A DNA stretch of 40,062 nt from Longimicrobiales bacterium (GTDB lineage Bacteria; Gemmatimonadota; Gemmatimonadetes; Longimicrobiales; Gaopeijiaceae): NCBI GenBank assembly GCA_035269045.1, contig DATFJS010000177.1:1-40062 (forward strand), given 5' to 3'. Made by a program: the position numbers and the translations under genes. The notes under the pieces are model-generated. The model had not been told where the DNA came from and did not search any database. It saw only the letters and a program-made list of their open reading frames with translations. Below, piece by piece: positions 1-8,680 of this stretch; within the stretch, counting starts at the first letter, position 1; each line of letters starts with the position of its first letter.

Positions 1-333
1 GAAGTTGCCCTGCCCGTCGACCAGCGGGTAGCGGAGCGAGAACTCCTGCACCATCCGCACCATCGAATCGTACACCGCCGAGTCGCCGTGCGGGTGGAAC
101 TTGCCCAGCACGTCTCCCACCACCGTCGCCGATTTCTTGTAGTTCTTGTCGGGGTCCAGCCCGAGCTCGTGCATGGCGTAGAGGATCCGGCGATGCACCG
201 GCTTGAGCCCGTCCCGGACATCCGGCAGCGCGCGCTGCACGATCACGCTCATCGAGTAGTCGAGGAACGACTCCTTCATCTCCTCGACGATCGGACGCGA
301 CAGGATGCGTTCGCGCTGCTGGGCTGTCGCCAT
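1..333 (-). CDS. gyrA: DNA gyrase subunit A, N-terminal part (runs off window edge)
   Basis: Manual translation from ATG at 333: [54 protein letters not shown]...[35 protein letters not shown], the canonical GyrA N-terminus. Confidence 0.95.
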   Translation of the reverse strand, partial: MATAQQRERILSRPIVEEMKESFLDYSMSVIVQRALPDVRDGLKPVHRRILYAMHELGLDPDKNYKKSATVVGDVLGKFHPHGDSAVYDSMVRMVQEFSLRYPLVDGQGNF

Positions 334-409
334 GCGGGCTCCGGCGGGGGTTCGGTGGCGTCGGTGGCCTATCCTCTAGAAACCGGGCGGGGCCCGCAAG
401 CCGGGCACG

Positions 410-444
410 AAAAACGCCGTCCGGATCGACCGATCCGGGCGGCG
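410..444 (-). terminator. Intrinsic terminator downstream of the anti-sigma gene
   Basis: Stem cgccgtccggatcg/cgatccgggcggcg (415-444) followed on the minus strand by TTTTT (410-414). Confidence 0.75.
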
Positions 445-476
445 AACATTCTCGATGGTGGGTGGGGCGTCGCGCT

Positions 477-761
477 TCAGCCGGCTCTCTCGGCTTTCTC
501 GATCGCGGCCAGCACGCTCGACCTCACCTCGTCGGGACAGCAGTCTCGCTCGCTCGCTCGGCGGAGCCGCTCACGGAAGCGCCTCTCGAGATCGAGGTGC
601 GGGTAGCACGCCTTGCAGACGCGGAAGTGCTCTTCGACCTGGGACGTCGTGAGGTCGTCCAGCTCACCGTCCATGTACTCCTGCAGGAGACGCAGCGAAT
701 CACGGCAGGATACCCCCTCGGGCTCCCCGCCGAAGAACCGGCGAATCTTCTCGATGATCAC
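477..761 (-). CDS. Zinc-binding anti-sigma factor (zf-HC2/ZAS, RsrA-like)
   Basis: C-terminal part of ORF 477..1205. GTG at 761 overlaps the sigma stop, with GGAGGA upstream. Motifs CRDSLRLLQEYMDGEL and HFRVCKAC (Hx3Cx2C). Confidence 0.9.
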   Translation of the reverse strand: MIIEKIRRFFGGEPEGVSCRDSLRLLQEYMDGELDDLTTSQVEEHFRVCKACYPHLDLERRFRERLRRASERDCCPDEVRSSVLAAIEKAERAG

Positions 762-1372
762 GCGTCCTCCTCCCGGGCCGTGGTATAGCCCATCTCGATC
801 GCAAACTCGTACAACACCTCCTGGAGCTTCCTGCGCCCACGAAACAGTCGGCTCTTCACCGTGCCGACCGGCACGCCGGTCGCCTCCGCGATGTCCGCGT
901 AGGGCAGACCCTCCACGTCGCTCATGACGACCGCGGTCCGGTACTCCTCCGGCAGCTCCTGAATCGCCCGAATGACCTCGTCGTCCACGATCGAGTCGAA
1001 GAAGAACCCCTCGGGGTCCTTCTGCGACGTCGCGCTCCAGAGCGGGTTCACGATGGCACCCCCGCTGGAGGTCGATTCGCGGGGGGCCCTCTCGTCGACC
1101 GTGCTCCGATGGCGCTTGCCGCGCTCGACTCTTCGAAGAAAGAGGTTCCTGCAGATGGTGAAGAGCCAGCTCTTCGCATTGGTTCCGACTTCGTACTGGT
1201 CCCACGCCTTCCAGGCCCGGAGATAGGTGTCCTGCACCAGGTCGTTCGCCGAATCCGGCTCACCGGCGAGACGGAGCGCGAATCGATAGACGGCATCCAT
1301 GTGGACGAGCGCCTCCTTCTCGAACTCCTCCCGCTTGGGCCCGACCTGACGGGCCATGTCCGGCGATCTCAC
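758..1372 (-). CDS. ECF sigma-70 factor (SigR/SigH/RpoE-like)
   Basis: Region 2 ANDLVQDTYLRAW...AKSWLFTICRN and region 4 LPEEYR...YADIAEATGVPVGTVKSRLFRGR. Alternative start ATG at 1357. Confidence 0.93.
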   Translation of the reverse strand: MRSPDMARQVGPKREEFEKEALVHMDAVYRFALRLAGEPDSANDLVQDTYLRAWKAWDQYEVGTNAKSWLFTICRNLFLRRVERGKRHRSTVDERAPRESTSSGGAIVNPLWSATSQKDPEGFFFDSIVDDEVIRAIQELPEEYRTAVVMSDVEGLPYADIAEATGVPVGTVKSRLFRGRRKLQEVLYEFAIEMGYTTAREEDA

Positions 1373-1683
1373 CCTTCGAGCTCTCCGAGCGCGGCGCGGA
1401 ATTCCTCCGCCATCGTCGGGTGACCGTGCGTGAGAGACACCTCGATCCCCTTCTCCCAGGCCTCGCGCGCCTCTTCCGGGCGGTCCAGCTCGACCAGCGC
1501 CGACGCGAGCCGGCCCCAGGCGTTGCCTTCGTCGGTCCCGATATCGAGATACGATCGGAGCGCCGCCACGCCCTCCTCGGTCCGGCCGGACGACAGGTAC
1601 TCCACCGCCAGTCCGAACCGCGCCCGTGGGTCATCGGGCCGGGACTCCACCATGCGGCGCAGCGCGTCGATTCGGTCGCTCAT
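1369..1683 (-). CDS. Small tetratricopeptide-repeat protein
   Basis: PDDPRARFGLAVEY...AWGRLASALVELDRPEEAREAWEKGI, a TPR pattern. Stop overlaps the sigma start. Confidence 0.85.
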   Translation of the reverse strand: MSDRIDALRRMVESRPDDPRARFGLAVEYLSSGRTEEGVAALRSYLDIGTDEGNAWGRLASALVELDRPEEAREAWEKGIEVSLTHGHPTMAEEFRAALGELEG

Positions 1684-1696
1684 CGTGTCCTGGAAC

Positions 1697-2122
1697 TCAG
1701 TCCGGGAAGGCGAAGGTCTCGGCCACGGCGTCGTCCGGCGGTGAGCCCGTGACGACCTCGATCAGAGCGGTCATGTGCTCGCCGATATCCCGGACGCGGC
1801 GGAGCACCGTCCGGGCGTGCGCATACTCGAAGTACGCCGCCACCGCGGGCTCTGCCGCCGGGTGGGCGGCGTCGACCTCGTGGTGCATCCGGTCGAGCAG
1901 GACCCGGGTGATGGTGCTCAGCGCCGCCTGGGTGCGTCGCTGTTCGGCGAGCGTGCGCATCGAGACGTGTCCGTTCATGCGCGAGAGGAGCTGCTCGACC
2001 CGGACGCGAGCCTCGGGCGGAGCCGCGACGGCCACGGGAGGCCCGCCCACCTCGCGCTCCAGCACGGCCCGCGCACCATGACGCAGGGCCTGAACCTCTT
2101 CGAAGCTGAAGGTGACGATCAC
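1697..2122 (-). CDS. Hypothetical helical protein
   Basis: Natural-looking sequence from GTG at 2122 (VIVTFSFEEVQAL...). Co-oriented within the operon; start uncertain. Confidence 0.7.
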   Translation of the reverse strand: MIVTFSFEEVQALRHGARAVLEREVGGPPVAVAAPPEARVRVEQLLSRMNGHVSMRTLAEQRRTQAALSTITRVLLDRMHHEVDAAHPAAEPAVAAYFEYAHARTVLRRVRDIGEHMTALIEVVTGSPPDDAVAETFAFPD

Positions 2123-2210
2123 GACGGGCCTCCACGGCATGCGGCAGGTCGGACGGCGTATTCGACCCCGGAGATCTCCCCGAGGTTCACCCACGGGCCG
2201 GCCGGATCGT

Positions 2211-2618
2211 TCACGCCTGGGCGACGCGCGTGGCCTCGGACACCCTCAGGCCGAGTGTGGTGAGCGTGTCCTCGTCCACCGAAACCGCGAGGGAATACAT
2301 GCCGGCCTTGGGAAACACGAATCCGTCGAGATGCACGATCTGAGGGACGCGAATTCGAGCGTCGGGCCGCCCCGGGGCGAGCTGGATCTCGCCGTCCATG
2401 CGGGCGACGGAGGCCCCGTCCGGGTCCTTCACCTCGATCGTGACCTTGTGCGTGCCCGCCTCGTCCATCCCGGCGGAGAAGCGGAGCACCAGGACCATTC
2501 GTTCGTGCCGCGCGGGGAATTCGCGCGCGGAAATGTGATCGAACACCCCGAGGATGTTCAGCTTGCCGGCACCATCCACGGTGGCGGCGTCGGCGATGAG
2601 AGCGAGGTCGATCTCCAC
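2211..2618 (-). CDS. DUF6941-like beta-sandwich protein
   Basis: LIADAATVDGAGKLNILGVFD...FVFPKAGMYSLAVSVD pattern. Confidence 0.75.
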   Translation of the reverse strand: MEIDLALIADAATVDGAGKLNILGVFDHISAREFPARHERMVLVLRFSAGMDEAGTHKVTIEVKDPDGASVARMDGEIQLAPGRPDARIRVPQIVHLDGFVFPKAGMYSLAVSVDEDTLTTLGLRVSEATRVAQA

Positions 2619-3365
2619 TCAGTCGTCCCGTTCGAGGAGCCATTCTCCGAGCGCGAGCCCGGCGGTCAGATTGATCATGATGTGTCCGACGACGACGGGC
2701 CAGACCGAGCCGGAGATGACGACCACCGCGGCGAACAGGAAGCCGATCGACCCGGTGCGGAGCATCCCGAGTGGGCCCTGGTACGCATGTAGCAGGCCGA
2801 AAGCGATCGAGGTCACCGCCGCAGCCGTCCACGGGGCGCCGAACGCCGTCGACAGCAGGCCGAGGAGAAAGGCGCGATACGCGAGCTCTTCCCCGATCCC
2901 CGCGGTGATGGAGACCACGACGAATCCCACGCGCTCCACGCCGTTGGACGGCATCAGGAGGCGCACCAGGTCGGTTTCCCGCCAGTTCATGAACCGCGAG
3001 ATCAGATTGGCGACGACGAGCACCGCCACGCCGCCCACGGTCGCCACGACCGACCAGACCAGCAGGGTCTCCGGTGACGCGGGGCCCAGCCCCATCGACG
3101 CGGCGCCGAGCTCGATGACGCCGAGTACGAGGGACACCGTTCCGAGGAGCGCGATCAGGAGTGCCGAGCTGAGGTACACCGACACCGTATCGAGCTCGTC
3201 GGGCGGCACGATGCCGATCTGCGCGACCGCGAGCGCCGGGAGGGAGACGAGGAGAATCGACGCCAGAATCGCCGCCGCGATCCCCGCATCCGCCCGGGCC
3301 GCGAATGCCCATGCCCCCACCGGCACCGCGATCAATGCGAGGCGGACGAACGCCCGGGACGACAT
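2619..3365 (-). CDS. CPBP (CAAX/Abi) intramembrane glutamic protease
   Basis: GIGEELAYRAFL (EExxxR), FGLLHAYQG and GHIMIN motifs; multiple TM segments. Start placed at MSSRAF. Confidence 0.9.
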   Translation of the reverse strand: MSSRAFVRLALIAVPVGAWAFAARADAGIAAAILASILLVSLPALAVAQIGIVPPDELDTVSVYLSSALLIALLGTVSLVLGVIELGAASMGLGPASPETLLVWSVVATVGGVAVLVVANLISRFMNWRETDLVRLLMPSNGVERVGFVVVSITAGIGEELAYRAFLLGLLSTAFGAPWTAAAVTSIAFGLLHAYQGPLGMLRTGSIGFLFAAVVVISGSVWPVVVGHIMINLTAGLALGEWLLERDD

Positions 3366-3499
3366 CACGGCGTCGCGCTCACGGAAACGCCGACCGCGTC
3401 CGTATCCCGTCGATTGACGTGAACCGGGGCCGCGACGAGCTTCCGCTGGACGGGTGCAACCCGTCCTCCCGAGACGTTCCGTTCCGACCAGTCGAAGCG

Positions 3500-3793
3500 A
3501 TGGCCACGACCCGATTTCGCGTTCTCGACGCAATGCCGGCACCTCACGGCGGGCACATCCTCCAGCTCCGCCTGCAGGAAGGGGATGCCCCCGCTCTCCG
3601 AGTTCTCAGGAGCGCGAAGCTCACGGCCTCCGGCCCCGATGGGCAGCGTGCCGAAGCCGAGGTCTCGGGCTTCGCGCTCTTCGGTGGCAAGCCCTCGGCC
3701 GAACGGTTCGAGCGAACCGGGCGCATCGATCTTCACGTGACCGGAGACCGAGCCGACGCCATCGCGGCTCGCTGGGACGTCGAGATCGCCTGA
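3500..3793 (+). CDS. Hypothetical small beta-rich protein
   Basis: ATG at 3500 (MATTRFRVLD...), divergent from the CPBP gene, with globular composition. Confidence 0.65.
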   Translation: MATTRFRVLDAMPAPHGGHILQLRLQEGDAPALRVLRSAKLTASGPDGQRAEAEVSGFALFGGKPSAERFERTGRIDLHVTGDRADAIAARWDVEIA

Positions 3794-3811
3794 CGGCGGT
3801 CTCATCCGACG

Positions 3812-4540
3812 TCAGTTCCCGGGAGCGATGGGCTCCGGGTCACCCCCGAGCGTATCCCGGTACCAGGCACGGAACGCCGCCTCGCCGTCCGGATTGGCCT
3901 CGAGCCAGGCGTCGCGCGCGTCCGGATACTCGAATCCCCGGAGCGACAGCAGCAGCGGCTCCAGCATGCCCTCCTCCGAGGCGTAGACGAGCTGGTCCAC
4001 CGGCGGATACGGGGTGAAGGAATAGCTCGCCCGTCCGAGCAGCCACGCCTCGGCCATCCGGTCGACGATCGCGACTTCAAGATCCCATCCGGCGAGGGTG
4101 TCGGCACCGGGAAGCCATTCCTCGATCTCCCCGCGCACCCTGGTGATGTGGAGGTGGGCGTAGATCTGGTACACCTGCGCCACGTCGGGCACCGTGTTCG
4201 GATACTGTACCGTGGCGGAGTCACCCGTCGGCGTCAGGTCGAGCGTTTCCCACGGGAGAAGGTCGGAGGTGGAGGACGTGGTGATGACCCAGAACGAGGG
4301 GTTCTCCCTGATTTCCGCCAGCTGCTCGTCCACCCACCGGTAGATCTCCTGGGCGCGGTCGTCCTCCAGCGCGAGGCGGGCCCCCTGCCGGTTCACGATC
4401 GGTCGAGGATCCGGCGCGACCGTGACCCCCTGCGCGCAGCCCCCGAGCACGGTCAACGCGAGGAACCCGGCAATGGCGCCGGCCAGTCGGCGGGCGTGGA
4501 CTCTGTAGATGGGGTCGTGGTACGAGCCCTCTCGCTTCAT
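3812..4540 (-). CDS. Hypothetical lipoprotein
   Basis: Hydrophobic stretch ending in lipobox-like LGGC followed by an acidic globular domain; start uncertain. Confidence 0.7.
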   Translation of the reverse strand: MKREGSYHDPIYRVHARRLAGAIAGFLALTVLGGCAQGVTVAPDPRPIVNRQGARLALEDDRAQEIYRWVDEQLAEIRENPSFWVITTSSTSDLLPWETLDLTPTGDSATVQYPNTVPDVAQVYQIYAHLHITRVRGEIEEWLPGADTLAGWDLEVAIVDRMAEAWLLGRASYSFTPYPPVDQLVYASEEGMLEPLLLSLRGFEYPDARDAWLEANPDGEAAFRAWYRDTLGGDPEPIAPGN

Positions 4541-4682
4541 GCCTGCTTCTCCGTTCATTCGTTCAAGAGGCGGGACGCATGCACACGGCACGGCCCGTCC
4601 GACGTTTTCACCACGCTTGACACTGCCCGGGTGTGGTGGGGAATTGAGGGAGTCGACCCTGCAAGACTCCCGACCGCACCGC

Positions 4683-5237
4683 ATGAATCCGCCCGGCGAC
4701 GATTTCCGTTCCCCCGACACGCTCACGCCGGCCGCGCTGGGCGACCACCTGGCCCATCTCGTATGGGAGAACTTCACGGACTTCATCGCGTCCGACGACG
4801 CCGAGATTCCCGTCGAGGATCTGGGTGTGCCGACGAACGATGGGCTCCCTTCGCCGCGCACCGTGGAGGAAGCCCTGATCTTCCTGATGTGGGCTCATAC
4901 ACGGGGAGCCCAGCTCGCGTTCGTCGGGCGCGCGCCCGACGATCTTCTTCGCGAAGCTCTGGACGTGCTCCACAACGCGATTTTCGAGGACCTCGCCGAG
5001 CACGGCACGCCGAGAAGCTACCTCCCGCTGTTCGAGCAGCACGTGGCAGCGCGGTACGCGGAGTACCATCAGGCGGCCGAGGCGTCCGACGAGCAACTCG
5101 GGCGTGCAGTGGCCTCGCACCTGACGGGCGAGAGTCCCGAGGGGATGGAACTGCCCGCCGGACTCGCGGAGCGCGCCCGGGCCGCGGCCAGCCCGCTCAG
5201 GGACTTCCTCGAGGAGATCGAGCTGGTCGAGGCCTGA
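4683..5237 (+). CDS. Hypothetical helical protein
   Basis: ATG at 4683 with a natural acidic sequence. TTGACA at 4617 upstream. Converges flush with the next gene. Confidence 0.7.
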   Translation: MNPPGDDFRSPDTLTPAALGDHLAHLVWENFTDFIASDDAEIPVEDLGVPTNDGLPSPRTVEEALIFLMWAHTRGAQLAFVGRAPDDLLREALDVLHNAIFEDLAEHGTPRSYLPLFEQHVAARYAEYHQAAEASDEQLGRAVASHLTGESPEGMELPAGLAERARAAASPLRDFLEEIELVEA

Positions 5238-5588
5238 TCACGCCTCATCGCCGGACAGCTCGTCCAGCAGGTCGACCGCGCGTCGAAGGTGCGGAATCGT
5301 GATCGAGCCTCCCACCACCAGTCCGATGGAGAGCGCCTCGAAGATCTCCTCCTCGGTGACACCGGCCTCCCGACATCCGATCACGTGGTACGAGATGCAG
5401 TCGTCGCACCGCAGGACCAGCGAGGCGACGAGCCCCAGCAACTCCTTGGTACGCACCGGCAGCGCGCCCTCCTCGTAGACGCGGCTGTCCAGAGCGAAGA
5501 ACCTCCGGATGTCGAGGTTGCCCTGCGACAGGATCCGGTCGTTCAGGCGCTCCCGGAAGGTGCGGAACTCGTTCAGGCGCTCACTCAT
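5238..5588 (-). CDS. Carboxymuconolactone decarboxylase/AhpD-like protein
   Basis: GALPVRTKELLGLVASLVLRCDDCISYH (CxxC-x3-H) motif. Confidence 0.9.
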   Translation of the reverse strand: MSERLNEFRTFRERLNDRILSQGNLDIRRFFALDSRVYEEGALPVRTKELLGLVASLVLRCDDCISYHVIGCREAGVTEEEIFEALSIGLVVGGSITIPHLRRAVDLLDELSGDEA

Positions 5589-5649
5589 GATCGGCTCCGC
5601 CGACTCCGACGGATTCGGACCCGCCGGGGCGCGACTCCATGGCCGTGCC

Positions 5650-5949
5650 CTAGAGCCCGAGGGATGCGCGAATGAGCGGGCTGATCCGCTCGGGCGTCCA
5701 GGGCGGATCGAAGGTCAGCTGCACGTCGGCCTCGTCGATCCCTTCGACGCCGAGAACGGCCTGCGTGGCCTGCTCGACGATCTCGCCGGCCACGGGGCAC
5801 ATCGGAGACGTGAGGGACATGACCACGTCGGCCTTCGTGTCCTCCACCTCGATGTCGTAGATGAGCCCGAGCACGACCAGGTCGAGGTTGAGCTCCGGGT
5901 CCTTCACTCCCTTCAGGGCGTTTCGGACATCCTTTTCCGTAACCGCCAT
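5650..5949 (-). CDS. DUF59/SufT-type Fe-S cluster assembly factor
   Basis: VKDPELNLDLVVLGLIY, LTSPMCP and FDPPWTPE motifs; GGAGGAG RBS. Confidence 0.92.
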   Translation of the reverse strand: MAVTEKDVRNALKGVKDPELNLDLVVLGLIYDIEVEDTKADVVMSLTSPMCPVAGEIVEQATQAVLGVEGIDEADVQLTFDPPWTPERISPLIRASLGL

Positions 5950-6009
5950 ATCTCCTCCAGAATGATCGGGGCTCTGGTCGGCCCCGCGGTGTTGTCTCGT
6001 CGTCGAATC

Positions 6010-6032
6010 ACCGACCGGTCATTCCGGTCGGT
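6010..6032. other. Intergenic hairpin (possible terminator)
   Basis: accgaccgg-tcatt-ccggtcggt, a 9-bp stem just downstream of the PP2C-like gene; no U-tract. Confidence 0.4.
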
Positions 6033-6045
6033 CATGTGTCCGTCG

Positions 6046-6795
6046 TCAGGTACGTCGAAGGTAGACGGTCGACATCTCCTCCACCGATCCGGCGTTCTCC
6101 TGTGCCTTCCGGATCGCGCGATGGACCGTCTTCACCACCTCGCCGGCGGGCTTTCCGTGCACCTGCGCCACCAGATCGGCGGCCCCACGGAAGAGACCGA
6201 CCGACCCGCTGCTGAGGACCAGAACGGCGTCCCCGGTGCCCGTCTGGACACGCTCCGACCCGTAGGCGAAGCCCTCCATCATGCCGAGGGGCGGCCCGTG
6301 GGACGCGAGCTGGTGCAAGGTTCCGTCGCGGACCAGGACACCTGCCGGCATTCGTCCGGCGGAGGCCCATTCGACCGCTCCGTCTCCGAGCACGAGTACA
6401 CCACACTCCACGAACTGGTCGAGCCCGTCGACGTGCATCGCGGCAAGCGCGTGATTCGCGGATCGGAGCAGGTGGGCCGGGGCGTCCGCCGACTCGGCCG
6501 CGGTACGGATGGCGGCTCGCGCGAGCCCCGCCGGGAACGCCGCCGGGAGCCCCCCGGAACGCACGTCGAGCACCACGACCGCGGTCCGTCCGTCGGGCAT
6601 CCGGAAATGGTCCCATATCGTGTTTCCCCGCCCTTCCTCCTCGAGCATCGTCCCGCCCGCCACCTCGAACCCGTCGATCCGTGGCGCCGTCGCGGGAACC
6701 ATCGTGCGCTGCATCAGGCGACTGGCGGCGGCGAGCGCCGCGTCCCCGGCAGTCTGTCCGGTGTCGTCGGAGGGAGTGGGAGAGGAGTCGCTCAC
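6046..6795 (-). CDS. SpoIIE/RsbU-type PP2C-fold protein with a degenerate active site
   Basis: AASRLMQRTMVP, DGRTAVVVLDV, PAHLLRSANHAL, WASAG, GPPLGM and GDAVLVLS match the SpoIIE layout. Start GTG at 6795 is inferred. Confidence 0.8.
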   Translation of the reverse strand: MSDSSPTPSDDTGQTAGDAALAAASRLMQRTMVPATAPRIDGFEVAGGTMLEEEGRGNTIWDHFRMPDGRTAVVVLDVRSGGLPAAFPAGLARAAIRTAAESADAPAHLLRSANHALAAMHVDGLDQFVECGVLVLGDGAVEWASAGRMPAGVLVRDGTLHQLASHGPPLGMMEGFAYGSERVQTGTGDAVLVLSSGSVGLFRGAADLVAQVHGKPAGEVVKTVHRAIRKAQENAGSVEEMSTVYLRRT

Positions 6796-6985
6796 GAATG
6801 GGCACTCGGCGAGTGGAGAGGAGCCCCGGACGGGATCGTCGGAGGAACTTCGAAGATACCGTCCCGCCGTGGAGAGTGGAAAGATCGGGATCCGGCGGTT
6901 GCGCCGCCGTCGGGCGCACCACAGGGTGAGCCACGGCCGTCGAGTCGGGCCGCACCTCGCCACCATACGAATCGGGGAGTACGCG

Positions 6986-7666
6986 TTGGGCGTCCGGGAG
7001 CCGAAACAGGACAGGTCTCGTCGCACGCTGGCCCGTATCGAGCGCGCCGCCCTCGAGCTGATCGGGGAGAAGGGCGTCGAGTCGACCAGCGTTCACGACA
7101 TCGTCGACCGGGCCCGCAGTTCCGTCGGCTCGTTCTACGCGCGCTTCGACGGGAAGGAGTCGCTGCTCCGCCATCTGGAGAGCCGGATCTGGGAGGGCGC
7201 GCGGGAACGCTGGGACGAAGCCATCGCATCGCGGGACGAGGAGGAGTGGCTCGAGATCGAGCTGCCCGACCTGGCCGAGGCCGTCGTGCGCCTGCTTCTC
7301 GAGACCTACCGCGTCCACGCGCGACAGCGCCGCCTCCTCGAGACGCGTCACGCCCCGGACGGCGCGGCGGACGCGGCATCGGAGTTCTACCGTCACGTGC
7401 GCGCGGGCATCCGGTCGCTGCTTCTGGCCCGGCCGGAGCTCATCGGCCACCCCGACCCCTCGACGGCGGTCGACTTCTCGCTGGTCGTGGTGTCGGGGGC
7501 GCTGCGGGAATTCCACGAGGGTGCCTCGCTCGACGACGCGCTCCCCGTCCCGACGGACGAGCGTCTGGTCCATGAACTCGGGCGGCTGGTCCTGAGCTAC
7601 CTCGGCGGTGCGGAGCCCGAAGCCGAGCACGGGTCGCAGATCGAGTTCTTCGACATCTGGGGCTGA
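6986..7666 (+). CDS. TetR/AcrR family transcriptional regulator
   Basis: PKQDRSRRTLARIERAALELIGEKGVESTSVHDIVDRARSSVGSFYARFDGKESL. TTG start at 6986 after GGGGAG. Confidence 0.9.
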   Translation: MGVREPKQDRSRRTLARIERAALELIGEKGVESTSVHDIVDRARSSVGSFYARFDGKESLLRHLESRIWEGARERWDEAIASRDEEEWLEIELPDLAEAVVRLLLETYRVHARQRRLLETRHAPDGAADAASEFYRHVRAGIRSLLLARPELIGHPDPSTAVDFSLVVVSGALREFHEGASLDDALPVPTDERLVHELGRLVLSYLGGAEPEAEHGSQIEFFDIWG

Positions 7667-7674
7667 CGCGTCAC

Positions 7675-8607
7675 TCAGTCGAGCGCGTCCGCGCCCGGAG
7701 CGCGTCTCGCCGCTTCCGAATCGTACAGGTCGGAGCTCAGGTACCGGTCGCCCCGGTCGCACACGATGAAGACGACGACCCCCTCGGTGAGTTCTCTCGC
7801 GACCCGGAGTGCAGCCACCAGTACCCCTCCGCTGCTCATGCCCGCGAGGATCCCCTCCTCCCGAGCCATCCGCTGCGCCATGGCGCGCGCCTCCGCCTCG
7901 CTCACACGCTCGATCCGGTCGACCCGCGCCGGCTCGTAGATCGGTGGGGTCATCTCGGGCGACCACTCGCGGATCCCCGAGATCTTCGAGCCTTCGGTCG
8001 GGTGCGTGCCGACCACGACGATGTCCGACCTCCGCTCCTTCAGATAACGCGAAGTCCCCATCACCGTCCCCGTCGTGCCCATCGCGGACACGAAATGCGT
8101 CACCGAACCTTCCGTGTCCCGCCAGATCTCCGGACCGGTGGTTCGGTAATGCATGCGCCAGTTGTCGGCGTTGGCGAACTGATTCAGGGTCCGGTACTCC
8201 CCCGATTCGACCATTCCGTCCACCACACGGCGCGCGTCCTCCATGTTCTCGTCCTCCCCCGTCCGGATCACTTCCGCGCCGTACGCCTTCATGGCCTCGA
8301 CCCGCTCGGGTGTGGCGGACGCCGGGACCACGAGGGTCATCCGGAGATCCAGACGTGCCGCCACCATGGCCAGGGCGATCCCGGTGTTTCCGCTGGTGGC
8401 CTCCACGAACCGGTCGCCGGCCTCCACCTCACCGCGTTGGATGAGACCGGACAGCATCCCCCAGGCTGCCCGATCCTTCACGCTCCCGCCGGGTCCGTGC
8501 CCCTCCAGCTTCCCGAACATCCGCACGCCGTCCGGGACACCTTCCGCAGGGGGGATCCGGTCGAACTCCACGAGAGGTGTTTCGCCGATCAGGTCTTCGA
8601 ACTTCAT
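7675..8607 (-). CDS. cysM: Cysteine synthase B (O-acetylserine sulfhydrylase)
   Basis: IGETPL, PGGSVKDR (PLP lysine), EATSGNTG, MGTTGT and CDRGDRYLS motifs. Confidence 0.88.
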   Translation of the reverse strand: MKFEDLIGETPLVEFDRIPPAEGVPDGVRMFGKLEGHGPGGSVKDRAAWGMLSGLIQRGEVEAGDRFVEATSGNTGIALAMVAARLDLRMTLVVPASATPERVEAMKAYGAEVIRTGEDENMEDARRVVDGMVESGEYRTLNQFANADNWRMHYRTTGPEIWRDTEGSVTHFVSAMGTTGTVMGTSRYLKERRSDIVVVGTHPTEGSKISGIREWSPEMTPPIYEPARVDRIERVSEAEARAMAQRMAREEGILAGMSSGGVLVAALRVARELTEGVVVFIVCDRGDRYLSSDLYDSEAARRAPGADALD

Positions 8608-8627
8608 CGGGCGTGGTGGTGGGAGGA

Positions 8628-8678
8628 GGGTTCGATGCCGCTCGGCGTTCGATGCCGCTCAGGGTTCGGTGCCGCTTT
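8628..8678. repeat. Three tandem 17-bp imperfect direct repeats
   Basis: gggttcgatgccgctcg / gcgttcgatgccgctca / gggttcggtgccgcttt, filling most of the intergenic space upstream of cysM. Confidence 0.85.
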
Positions 8679-8680
8679 CT

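Noticed and set aside
88-606. 172-aa plus-strand ORF
   Set aside because: Antisense to gyrA and the anti-sigma gene.
2619-3365. Abi-family name as evidence of anti-phage defence
   Set aside because: CPBP/Abi proteases are general membrane proteases, and there is no defence-island context here.
3455-3483. TGCAAC...CGTT as an ECF promoter for the 3500 gene
   Set aside because: The spacer is 14 or 19 nt, not the 16-17 nt expected.
5509-7966. Long ORFs 5509..7575 (+) and 6032..7966 (-)
   Set aside because: They overlap genes with clear motifs (SufT, PP2C-like, TetR) in other frames and have no recognisable domain.
8628-8678. Possible CRISPR array
   Set aside because: Units are 17 bp and contiguous, with no spacers and no cas genes in the window.
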